Positions 52,062-63,789 of a stretch of 64,000 nt of DNA are shown here, piece after piece. Every line of letters starts with the position of its first letter. The stretch's first letter is position 1. The DNA is taken from NCBI GenBank assembly GCA_964016885.1, contig OZ024755.1, positions 19,220,001-19,284,000 on the forward strand. Direction: 5' to 3'. Source of the stretch: Eledone cirrhosa (Eukaryota). Both the position numbers and the translations under genes were made by a program. Under the pieces are notes generated by a model that had not been told where the DNA came from, ran no database searches, and saw nothing but the letters and a program-made list of their open reading frames with translations.

Positions 52062-52853
52062 TTCCTTTGTCAGTGTTGAACAAATGAGCAACGATGGTTG
52101 CTAGACACTGTACGGCTTAATACGGGATGTTTGTTTACAAACACACCGAGCATTATAATAAATGTTCGGTGAATCCATACGTACATATATATATATGTGT
52201 GCATGTATGTATATATAAATATACATACTACTGTACGTATACATACTTATATGATGATGATGATGATGATAAATAGCAGAAAAAGTGAACAAACTTTTAA
52301 GACAGGACAATAAAGGCTTAGTGTTGAATTGATGTGGTTTTTCTCTCGCTTTGATTATAATTTTTTGTGTATTATATTAATAAAGTCCCTAGCAATAATT
52401 AATTCTATATATATTATTTGTGTATATATTTTCATTGAATATATATACAAGAATGATAAACAATTTGTAATGTTATTTATATAACTGTGAATAAAACCCA
52501 TATAACAGGGCTGATTGGAAAGGGTTAAAGCATAAAACCTATCTATTCCACTGTTTGATCTATTTGTATTACTACTTATCTATACAAAACATCACCATTT
52601 AGTTGTATAATTGATAGAGGGGGGAAACTCCAGCACCCTTTGCTGAGGCGTGTGTTTGCATGTGGGTGTCATCTCACTTTTTAAATATATATATATAGAG
52701 AGAGAGAAGAGATATTTAATTTGTTGGAAATCCAACAAATATAGATGTTTATAACTGATTCAGAGCACTCAACAGATTCCTGGAGTAAGGAATAACTTGA
52801 ACCGTTAAGGTATATTATCCTTGGTCATGTCAAATATTTATAAAACATTTTGT

Positions 52854-52913
52854 ATTTTATCTGATGATAGCGAACCAAAATTTTTGGTACCCTTGAAATA
52901 TATATATAATAGA
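52854..52913 (+). ncRNA. Minimal hammerhead ribozyme, same family as 21287
   Basis: ATTTTAT-CTGATGA-TAGCGAACCAAAATTTTTGGTACCCTT-GAAA-TATATA-TA-ATAGAAT. Base of stem II is degenerate. Confidence 0.5.
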
Positions 52914-52966
52914 ATAAATATGGTTTTATAAATATAGTTTCCATTTATTTAATATCATTGTGTGTA

Positions 52967-53017
<51 letters not shown>

Positions 53018-53066
53018 GAAACTAATACACCTCATGTTATTGCAACCTCTTGTTTCCTTAATTTAC

Positions 53067-53103
<37 letters not shown>

Positions 53104-53133
53104 AGATCAAAAGATGGTTAAAAGATTCCAAGT

Positions 53134-53202
53134 ATTTTATTATGCGCATTTCAAAAACAAATATCATCAAGGGATGATATTTGCGTTCTCATCAGATAAA
53201 AT
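53134..53202 (-). ncRNA. Minimal hammerhead ribozyme, same family as 29536
   Basis: Minus strand ATTTTAT-CTGATGA-GAAC-GCAAATATCATC(CCTT)GATGATATTTGT-TTTT-GAAA-TGCGCA-TA-ATAAAAT, with a 12-bp stem II. Confidence 0.65.
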
Positions 53203-53384
53203 AGGGAGACATGATATGAAGCTTAAAAAACACTTGTGAATAGGGAAGTTTTAAATCAACATATAAAACTCACCTACATATATATATATATATATTAAAT
53301 GTACGGATTAAAGTTTAAGCAAAGAATCGCTGCTTTCACCCCTTTTACGGGAACTTCTACTCTACGAGTTTATATATATATAAA

Positions 53385-53770
53385 ATCTTATTTTATTAAG
53401 TTTGTCAACATAACCGCCATCATAATATTACAAATAAAGAGAGAGAGAAAACAAACAAACAAGCAGGTAATACACACATCTAGGACCATGTACGAAAGGA
53501 TGGTGAAAGTGGTGGACAAACGAACCACTGCCAAAACAAAAGATAACCATGTCGCGAGGAGCTGTGGAAAGACGTCTCTAATCGTTTTTGAGGCAAGTCA
53601 ATACGCTCGCAGCCTTACCACGGGCGATGGCGAGGCATGTGCGCTGTAACAGCCAAGCACCTGCACGACCATCACCAGTTACCTCGGTTAAGCGAGTTGC
53701 CAGAGAAGACAAGAACCTTGCAGTTAGCGGCCCGACTTCCACCAAACGTAGTTGACCGACAGATCACGGT
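53385..53770 (-). mobile_element. CRE-clade (restriction-like endonuclease) non-LTR retrotransposon 3' fragment
   Basis: Minus frame ending at TAG 53578: VGPLTARFLSSLATRLTEVTGDGRAGAWLLQRTCLAIARGKAASVLTCL, matching the recalled CRE C-terminal motif RL...TGD.R...L.QR.S.AI.RGNAAS.L. AATAAA near 53395, TA tracts on both sides. Confidence 0.65.
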
Positions 53771-53919
53771 ATATGTATATATATATATAATGTATAATTA
53801 AATTTTGCTCTGGTACTTACATAGAGCACTCTTCACTCCTATGACTTTTTCTGTTTTCAACGGAAACTTCAATACTTATATATATATATATTTTAGTATA
53901 TGTTGGTTGTTTACCGACA

Positions 53920-53962
<43 letters not shown>

Positions 53963-54464
53963 TATTTTTAACTGATATACATTGCTAACTGATATATTTT
54001 TCTATCGAACGTACATTATAAAAGAAATGCAGTTAGCTTACTCAATCAACGAACATAAACAAAAGGGCTTTTGATTTATAGGAATTTAGAAATAGTGGTT
54101 TAACATTTCACCACACCCACTATATTACTACTACTCAAGAAAATATTTCATAACTCGTTCCTTTCGACAAAGAACAGAAGCCTTGAAGGGGAATTGGTGG
54201 AAAATTCTTATAGTGGGTGAAGTGAAGTGAAGTGAAGTGAAATAAAGTCTTGTAATTTGGGTGCCACACAAGGAATTATTCGTTTTATCTCTTAACTAAA
54301 TCATATTTTTTTCAGGTCTTTATTTACTTTTGATAATTAGAAATTGTCTTGTTAAGTTATTTTTTCAGACAGTACGATATTATATTTATTCTTTAATAGT
54401 GAAGTTTTTATGGGGGGGGGGGGGGGGGGGTTGATTGTATATATATTTATATATATACATACGA

Positions 54465-54615
54465 TGAAAGGTTCCTAAGAGACCTAAACTCCCGAATTCT
54501 TTTTACAGGGTTTAGAAAAACTGAAGGACCGCTGCAATAAGTGTGTGAATATGTTGAATAAAATCATAATTAACTGATCCTCATTGTCTTTTACCCAAAG
54601 CCAGGAACTTTCCAG
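54465..54615 (+). mobile_element. Mariner-like transposon remnant (internally deleted)
   Basis: PEFFLQGLEKLKDRCNKCV...YVE* resembles the mariner transposase C-terminus (FF..GI.KL..RW.KC....YVE). Confidence 0.5.
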
Positions 54616-54622
54616 TACCCGT

Positions 54623-54654
<32 letters not shown>

Positions 54655-54744
54655 TTTATAGTTGAGACAGTAAACAAAAACAAACAAAAAACGCGGAAGT
54701 GAAGAGGCAGTACAAATGTTAATATTAGTTTCACGCCTGAGAGT

Positions 54745-54791
<47 letters not shown>

Positions 54792-54822
54792 CGTTGAGGT
54801 AGGTCATACATCAATTCATGTA

Positions 54823-54885
54823 TTTTATCTGACGAGGACGTACTGAAAAAACAGCACCAGTACCTTCGAAATATATATAATAAAA
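54823..54885 (+). ncRNA. Minimal hammerhead ribozyme
   Basis: TTTTAT-CTGACGA-GGACGTACTG...CAGTACCTTC-GAAA-TATATA-TA-ATAAAA, with a G-C pair at the base of stem II. Confidence 0.6.
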
Positions 54886-55202
54886 CATACATCTTGATTA
54901 TGTGAATGTCTTCATTTATTAATATTCTGAATAATATGATCATCATCGTTTAACGTCCATCTTCCACGCTTGCATGGGTTTGGACGGGAGTTTTCCCACT
55001 TGAGGCAAGAGTGGTTGTCTTGCTCGCATAGGACTGTCTGGCGGGTTTTCTACGTCTGGATGCCCTTCCTAACACCAACCACGTTTACAGTGTGGACTGG
55101 GAGGTTTTTACCGTGTTGCCTACACGGCCACATTACAGCGTGGACTGTGTGTTTTTTTTTTTTTTGTCGTGACACCTACACGACCTCATTTGTTTCGGAC
55201 TG

Positions 55203-55252
<50 letters not shown>

Positions 55253-55549
55253 CAAAGCGAGAAAAAAAACTTCAATTTTCAAGAATAAATATACCACAGT
55301 CTGAGAAATTATAAAAACTATTCCGAAATAAAAAAAAAAAAAACTAACGAAAATATGATTTAGATAAGAGAGAAAACGAATAATTCCTTCTGTAGAAGTA
55401 ATGTCTGGCAACCAAATTCCAAGAAATGTAAACAAAATGCTCTGATAAGATATATTTTTGGACGAAATGTTGCAGTTAAAGTAGTTATATCTTATTTAAT
55501 TCTGACGATCCTTAATATTGAGTTACACACACATACATACTTACATATA

Positions 55550-55563
55550 GTTAGTGTCTTCTT

Positions 55564-55596
<33 letters not shown>

Positions 55597-55985
55597 GTTA
55601 GTGTCTTCTTAAACACACACACACACATATATATATATATAGTTAGTGTCTTCTTAAACACACACACACACATATATATATATATAGTTAGTGTCTTCTT
55701 AAACACACACACACATATATATATATATATTTAGTGTCTTCTTACACACACACACACATATATATATATATATTTAGTGTCTTCTTACACACACACACAC
55801 ATATATATATATATTTAGTGTCTTCTTACACACACACACACATATATATATATATTTAGTGTCTTCTTACACACACACACACATATATATATATATTTAG
55901 TGTCTTCTTACACACACACACATATATATATATATTTAGTGTCTTCTTACACACACACACACACATATATATTTAGTGTCTTCTT

Positions 55986-56056
<71 letters not shown>

Positions 56057-56175
56057 TATATACACACACACATATATATATACACACACATATATACACA
56101 TACACACACATACACATACACACATATATACACATACACACACATATATACACATACACACACACATATACACAT

Positions 56176-56220
<45 letters not shown>

Positions 56221-56235
56221 ATGTCTTCTTACACA
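55550..56235. repeat. Compound minisatellite: fixed anchor plus variable (CA)n(TA)n
   Basis: TTAGTGTCTTCTTA repeated about 12 times at roughly 40-bp spacing, each followed by (CA)n(TA)n. Confidence 0.9.
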
Positions 56236-56264
56236 CAAAAAATATATACATACATGCGTACATT

Positions 56265-56301
<37 letters not shown>

Positions 56302-56303
<2 letters not shown>

Positions 56304-56700
56304 CGAAGGAAGTGTGGTAAGGAACCAGATGGATCATAACGTACCAGAGTACTCAATACTTAGGGTAGTAGAGTGGGTAATAGGAAAATGTTCAACCCCG
56401 ACGGCAGAGCTCAAGTCGTTTCGACGGCTATTTCCAGAAATAGCCGTCGAAACAGCTTGAGCTCTGCCATCGGGGTTGAACATTTTCCGAGAGAGAGAGA
56501 TGAAAAATTCGGTACCCAGACGGCTGAGCTCCTGCCGTTTCACCAGCTAGATCCGAACTGTTCGGATCTAGTTGTTGAAACGGCAGGAGCTCAGCCGTCT
56601 GGGTACCGAATTTTTCATATTGCCCACTCTACTACTCCAAGTATCGAGTATTCTGGTGAGTAATGGTCTAACTGGTTTTTACTGCATCCATTCTGATTTA
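56302..56700. mobile_element. Branched fold-back MITE-like element in (TA)n
   Basis: Diverged terminal inverted repeats of about 80 bp enclosing two near-perfect hairpins (about 56383-56488 and 56500-56619). Partial copies at 8606-8790 and 23798-23935, also TA-flanked. Confidence 0.75.
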
Positions 56701-56747
56701 TATATATATATACATATATATAATGTGTAAACAACACAATATAATTA

Positions 56748-56817
56748 TTCCATTACCAAAGGTTTCGAGAAACTAGACGATTCTTACAGAAACGTCCAGC
56801 TCGTTCGTCAGACAAAA
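56748..56817 (-). ncRNA. Hammerhead ribozyme-like fold
   Basis: Minus strand TTTTGT-CTGACGA-AC-GAGCTGGACG...CGTCTAGTTT-CTC-GAAA-CCTTTGG-TA-ATGGAA. Stem I extends into the flanking inverted repeat (cacaatataatta/taattatattgtg). Confidence 0.5.
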
Positions 56818-58469
56818 TAATTATATTGTGTTTATAATGTAATATAATTTGTGTATATATATATATATATTTTCATTTCAATGTGTAAGAATTATAAACA
56901 ACTTGCAATGTTATTGATACAACTGTAAATAAAATCGAAGTATTTTGATAACGTGAAAGAAATACTTATTGGTTAGAATATAGTTTGATATTTATATCAA
57001 AGATACGTACTTCCGCAAATAGAGCAAAATCAAAACATAGACAGGTGTTTTTATAAAAAAAACATAGTCGACTGTCGATATTATGGCATGTATAGAATTT
57101 TGTTATATTTATTGCTATCCTGACCTTAATTAGTGTAAATACAATCTGACAGAAGGAAAAATAAGTAACTGCTATATTTTTGTGTGTGTGTGAATTTCTT
57201 TTTATTTTTGACCGGAATGTTACAATGGCAAGAAGCCGGAGCTGGAAGCGTAACATGAGAAACATCGACTTCATGACCAAGAGATAGACTGTATGGAGCC
57301 AAGGAGCAGAACTATACATATAGAGATATACTGATAGAGAAGTGTGTGTGTGTTCCTCGAGAGTGTTTGTGTGTGTGTGTGTGTGTGTGTATTCCACTAG
57401 AATCACATTTTAAGTTATATGGCTTCCATAAATGTTTGTGTCTGTATATTTATATAAATATATAGTCGAAACCTCCTCCATTTCCACCAAGCATGAACCT
57501 AATATAACTAACAATTGCCTCCTGTGTTTTGTTTCTTTCATTTATTAACTATATATATACATATATATTAGAAAGAGAGAGAGAGAAGGAAATAAAAGGG
57601 TAAAGAGAGAGAGTTGAACAGAAAAATGGAAGAGACAGAAAGAGAAAAAAATAAAAATAATATTCAAATATATTTATCTTGGTCTATTAACTCTATCTCA
57701 GTATATTACTAGTATTTATTTGTCTTCAATCCAGTCGGATGAGCAAATTCTCAATCTAAGCAGGATTTCAACAAGGTATCTGATACAGTCAACTTCAACT
57801 CTCCGTTACATACAAATAATAGGAATATAATAAAGGAATTTGGACGTTTAATAAAATATGGTTTACTTACTGTCTATTAATTTTAGATATCTTCTACCAT
57901 TTGAATCCTTTAATTAGTTGAAGACCTAACAAACTTAAGTGGTGAAGAGGCGAGGAATGTTTTCGTATTCCAGGTTAAGGTAATTCATTTTCCTCTCTCT
58001 ATTTCCGAAGAGTGTCATTCACGAGAAGATAACTCTCAGTATCTTTTTGTTTACATTGTGATTCTTCCGGTTTGAGGTTGGTTCCTTTTATAGAAAAAAC
58101 ACGCCTTCATTTAATTAGCAACGAGTAGTTGGTTCGATTCCTGGACTGGGTTGGGTTGTATTCTTGAGAAAAACATTTCATTTCACGTTGTTCCAGTGTA
58201 CACAGCTGAAAAGGAGTACTAGCAATAGCTAGGGGTTTAACCCTGCAATAGACTGACGTCTTATCCAGGGGAGTCTTGTACTCCCAATCGCTTAACGCCA
58301 TGGAGACTTCTCACTGCTAGAAATAGCAGCTGAATATTCCTTAAATCATACCCTAATGGTTAAAAAAAATAAATCATGAAAAAAATAATGAAAAATGTAG
58401 TCATGTATATATGCTGGTATAGACACGTCCTCCTCCCCTTACCCGATCGACCTAATAAGGCCTTACTCT

Positions 58470-58705
58470 TGTTCGACTCAACAGCTGTGGGCTGTAAGAG
58501 ACCCTGTGGAAGCTCCTGTATCAGATAGCTGAATGTGATTAAGGAAGATCTGCAGAGGCTCGATGTCATTTTGGAGAATGCAGAGGGGTTGGCATGGGAC
58601 TGCCGGCGATGGAGGGCTCTGGTAGACCTGGTCAGCTCTATGCACGATGGCGCCTCCGGGATCGCTGACCTAGGATGATCCCAGTCCCATCAAGCAAGAG
58701 CAAGA
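58470..58705 (+). mobile_element. RTE-like LINE 3' fragment
   Basis: KRPCGSSCIR*LNVIKEDLQRLDVILENAEGLAWDCRRWRALV. Similar decayed tails at 12895-13000 and 40690-41030. Confidence 0.65.
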
Positions 58706-59569
58706 AGTCATATATATGCAAAAGGAGGGGAGTTTTGGGCTAGCAAGCTTGTTGACAGTCAGATACAATATCTGAGCTTAAAACTAATTCAGATATTTCC
58801 AAAATTTATATGAGATGGACTAACAAGATCTTTAAGGTGGATCGGCAGCATCGGTAGAGCGTCAGATACCATGCTTTGCAGCATAGAGTTATAGCCCTTT
58901 ATGTTCTGAGTTCAACTCCCACCTAGGTGAACCTTGCCTTTCATCCTTATAGGGTCGATAAAGTAAAGCACCAGTAATGCACTGGGATAATTGCTGGCCT
59001 TGTGCCAAAAATAGAAACAATTATTATAGAAAAACACCCCCATCGACTCCTGCGGGAAATAATTGTTTCTACTTTAGGCACAAGGCCAGCAATTACCCAG
59101 TACATTACTGCTACTTTATTTTATCGACCCCGTAAGGATGAAAGGCAAAGTTAACCTCGACGGGATCTGAACTCAGACCGTAAAGGGACGTAACTATGCT
59201 GGAAAGCATGACGTCCGACTCTCTACTGATACTGCCAATCCACCGCGGGAAATAATATTATCCTTGTCTATCAATTAAACTTATCTTCTAATATGCTGCA
59301 AATGATTTTTTTTCTCCAGGAAAAAACCACACTGAGTTTTCTTTAATATTTATTTTTATTTTTTTCTTGTGCAACCAACTAATCTTACCTCCGAACATGC
59401 TGCAAAGAACTTTTTTCAACCAATAAAAATATAATAATTCGCAGTTCTTGTTTCATATTACTGGGGAAAATTGTTTTCCCCAAAGCAATATCACATCGCC
59501 AGAAGTGACTACAACCACTAATTTCCTTGACCGTGGTAAGACTTCACAGCAACAATTCTCTTGACTTAT

Positions 59570-60938
59570 TGAGACACACATACCATGGACTTAACTAACA
59601 AACCACTCATACTCAGAGACACTCCACTCACTTGCCATGGATTCAACTAACAAACCACTCATACTAACTGAGACACACTTCACTCATGGATTCAACTAAC
59701 AAACCACTCATACTCACTGAGACACACTTCACTCAATGACTCAATTAACAAACCATTTATACTCACACTCCACTCACTTGCCATGGATTCAACGAACAAA
59801 CCACTCATACTCAGAGACACACTCCACTCACTTGCCATGGATTCAACTAACAAACCACTCATACTCACTGAGACACACTTCACTCATGGACTCGACTAAC
59901 AAACCACTCATACTCACTGAGACACACTTCACTCATGGACTCGACTAACAAACCACTCATACTCAGAGATACACTTCACTCACTTGCCATGGACTCAACT
60001 AACAAACCACTCATACTTACTGAGACACACTTCATGGACACTAGTAACAAATGTCACTCATGGACTTAACTAACAAACCACTTATACTCACACTCATAGA
60101 CACACTTCACTCACTTGCCATGGATTCAACTAACAAACCACTCATACTCACTGAGACACACTTCACTCATGGACTCGACTAACAAACCACTCATACTTAC
60201 TGAGACACACTTCACTCATGGACTCGACTAACAAACCACTTATACTTACTGAGACACACTTCACTCATGGGCTCAACTAACAAACCACTCATACTTACTG
60301 AGACACACTTCACTCATGGACTCGACTAACCACTCATACTTACTGAGACACACTCCACTCATGGACTCGACTAACAAACCACTCATACTTACTGAGATAC
60401 ACTTCACTCATGGGCTCGACTAACAAACCACTCATACTTACTGAGACACACTTCACTCATGGACTCGACTAACAAACCACTCATATTCACTGAGACACAC
60501 TTCACTCATGGACTCGACTAACAAACCACTCATACTCACTGAGACACACTTCACTCATGGACTCGACTAACAAACCACTCATTCTTACTGAGACACACTT
60601 CACTCATGGACTCGACTAACAAACCACTCATACTTACTGAGACACACTTCACTCATGGACTCGACTAACAAACCACTCATACTTACTGAGACACATTTCA
60701 CTCATGGACTCGACTAACAAACTACTCATACTTACTGAGACACACTTCACTCATGGACTCAACTAAGAAGCCACTCATACTCACTGAGACACACTTCACT
60801 CATGGACTCGACTAACAAACCACTCATACTCACTGAGACATACTTCACTCATGGGCTCGACTAACAAACCACTTATACTCACACTCATAGACACACTTCA
60901 CTCACTTGCCATGGACTCAATCACAACAAACCACTCAG
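59570..60938. repeat. ~49-bp minisatellite (about 27 copies)
   Basis: AAACCACTCATACT(C/T)ACTGAGACACACTTCACTCATGGACTCGACTAAC, with variants carrying a CTTGCC insertion. Confidence 0.92.
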
Positions 60939-61040
60939 TTTATGACATTCAATTCAAGAACATCGATTCAGTCATCAGATTCTTTGGAAGTAAAATCAGG
61001 AAAGTGGTGATGGACTGAATAATGTCCACAAATAATTCTC

Positions 61041-63683
61041 AATGAATTGAAAGAACTGGAAATTGTTGCTGCTAAAGTAATCCTACTACCACATCTACTG
61101 AAAGAGCTTCAATGAATTGAAAGAACTGGAAATTGTTGCTGCTAAAGTAATCCTACTACCACATCTACTGAAAGAGCTTCAATGAATTGAAAGAACTGGA
61201 AATTGTTGCTGCTAAAGTAATCCTACTACTACATCTACTGAAAGAGCTTCAATGAATTGAAAGAACTGGAAATTGTTGCTGCTAAAGTAATCCTACTACC
61301 ACATCTACTGAAAGAGCTTCAATGAATTGAAAGAACTGGAAATTGTTGCTGCTAAAGTAATCCTACTACTACATCTACTGAAAGAGCTTCAATGAATTGA
61401 AAGAACTGGAAATTGTTGCTGCTAAAGTAATCCTACTACCACATCTACTGAAAGAGCTTCAATGAATTGAAAGAACTGGAAATTGTTGCTGCTAAAGTAA
61501 TCCTACTACTACATCTACTGAAAGAGCTTCAATGAATTGAAAGAACTGGAAATTGTTGCTGCTAAAGTAATCCTACTACTACATCTACTGAAAGAGCTTC
61601 AATGAATTGAAAGAACTGGAAATTGTTGCTGCTAAAGTAATCCTACTACCACATCTACTGAAAGAGCTTCAATGAATTGAAAGAACTGGAAATTGTTGCT
61701 GCTAAAGTAATCCTACTACTACATCTACTGAAAGAGCTTCAATGAATTGAAAGAACTGGAAATTGTTGCTGCTAAAGTAATCCTACTACCACATCTACTG
61801 AAAGAGCTTCAATGAATTGAAAGAACTGGAAATTGTTGCTGCTAAAGTAATCCTACTACCACATCTACTGAAAGAGCTTCAATGAATTGAAAGAACTGGA
61901 AATTGTTGCTGCTAAAGTAATCCTACTACTACATCTACTGAAAGAGCTTCAATGAATTGAAAGAACTGGAAATTGTTGCTGCTAAAGTAATCCTACTACC
62001 ACATCTACTGAAAGAGCTTCAATGAATTGAAAGAACTGGAAATTGTTGCTGCTAAAGTAATCCTACTACTACATCTACTGAAAGAGCTTCAATGAATTGA
62101 AAGAACTGGAAATTGTTGCTGCTAAAGTAATCCTACTACCACATCTACTGAAAGAGCTTCAATGAATTGAAAGAACTGGAAATTGTTGCTGCTAAAGTAA
62201 TCCTACTACCACATCTACTGAAAGAGCTTCAATGAATTGAAAGAACTGGAAATTGTTGCTGCTAAAGTAATCCTACTACTACATCTACTGAAAGAGCTTC
62301 AATGAATTGAAAGAACTGGAAATTGTTGCTGCTAAAGTAATCCTACTACCACATCTACTGAAAGAGCTTCAATGAATTGAAAGAACTGGAAATTGTTGCT
62401 GCTAAAGTAATCCTACTACCACATCTACTGAAAGAGCTTCAATGAATTGAAAGAACTGGAAATTGTTGCTGCTAAAGTAATCCTACTACCACATCTACTG
62501 AAAGAGCTTCAATGAATTGAAAGAACTGGAAATTGTTGCTGCTAAAGTAATCCTACTACTACATCTACTGAAAGAGCTTCAATGAATTGAAAGAACTGGA
62601 AATTGTTGCTGCTAAAGTAATCCTACTACTACATCTACTGAAAGAGCTTCAATGAATTGAAAGAACTGGAAATTGTTGCTGCTAAAGTAATCCTACTACC
62701 ACATCTACTGAAAGAGCTTCAATGAATTGAAAGAACTGGAAATTGTTGCTGCTAAAGTAATCCTACTACTACATCTACTGAAAGAGCTTCAATGAATTGA
62801 AAGAACTGGAAATTGTTGCTGCTAAAGTAATCCTACTACCACATCTACTGAAAGAGCTTCAATGAATTGAAAGAACTGGAAATTGTTGCTGCTAAAGTAA
62901 TCCTACTACCACATCTACTGAAAGAGCTTCAATGAATTGAAAGAACTGGAAATTGTTGCTGCTAAAGTAATCCTACTACTACATCTACTGAAAGAGCTTC
63001 AATGAATTGAAAGAACTGGAAATTGTTGCTGCTAAAGTAATCCTACTACTACATCTACTGAAAGAGCTTCAATGAATTGAAAGAACTGGAAATTGTTGCT
63101 GCTAAAGTAATCCTACTACCACATCTACTGAAAGAGCTTCAATGAATTGAAAGAACTGGAAATTGTTGCTGCTAAAGTAATCCTACTACCACATCTACTG
63201 AAAGAGCTTCAATGAATTGAAAGAACTGGAAATTGTTGCTGCTAAAGTAATCCTACTACTACATCTACTGAAAGAGCTTCAATGAATTGAAAGAACTGGA
63301 AATTGTTGCTGCTAAAGTAATCCTACTACCACATCTACTGAAAGAGCTTCAATGAATTGAAAGAACTGGAAATTGTTGCTGCTAAAGTAATCCTACTACC
63401 ACATCTACTGAAAGAGCTTCAATGAATTGAAAGAACTGGAAATTGTTGCTGCTAAAGTAATCCTACTACTACATCTACTGAAAGAGCTTCAATGAATTGA
63501 AAGAACTGGAAATTGTTGCTGCTAAAGTAATCCTACTACCACATCTACTGAAAGAGCTTCAATGAATTGAAAGAACTGGAAATTGTTGCTGCTAAAGTAA
63601 TCCTACTACCACATCTACTGAAAGAGCTTCAATGAATTGAAAGAACTGTAAATTGTTGCTGCCACATCTACTGAAAGAGCTTC
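61041..63683. repeat. 70-bp satellite, 37 near-identical units plus a partial unit
   Basis: AATGAATTGAAAGAACTGGAAATTGTTGCTGCTAAAGTAATCCTACTAC(C/T)ACATCTACTGAAAGAGCTTC with an exact 70-bp period. Confidence 0.97.
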
Positions 63684-63789
63684 ACCATCATTTCAGATAT
63701 ATGCAAATGGCTGTTTTTCAAAGTTCACAAATAAAGGTGTTTGGAAGAATGATTGAACAAAACATTATAATTTATATATTTATTTCAGA

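Noticed and set aside
59380-59520. Possible upstream 5' UTR exon of the receptor (minus donor GGAG|gtaaga at about 59388)
   Set aside because: A single splice-like motif with no supporting promoter or acceptor evidence.
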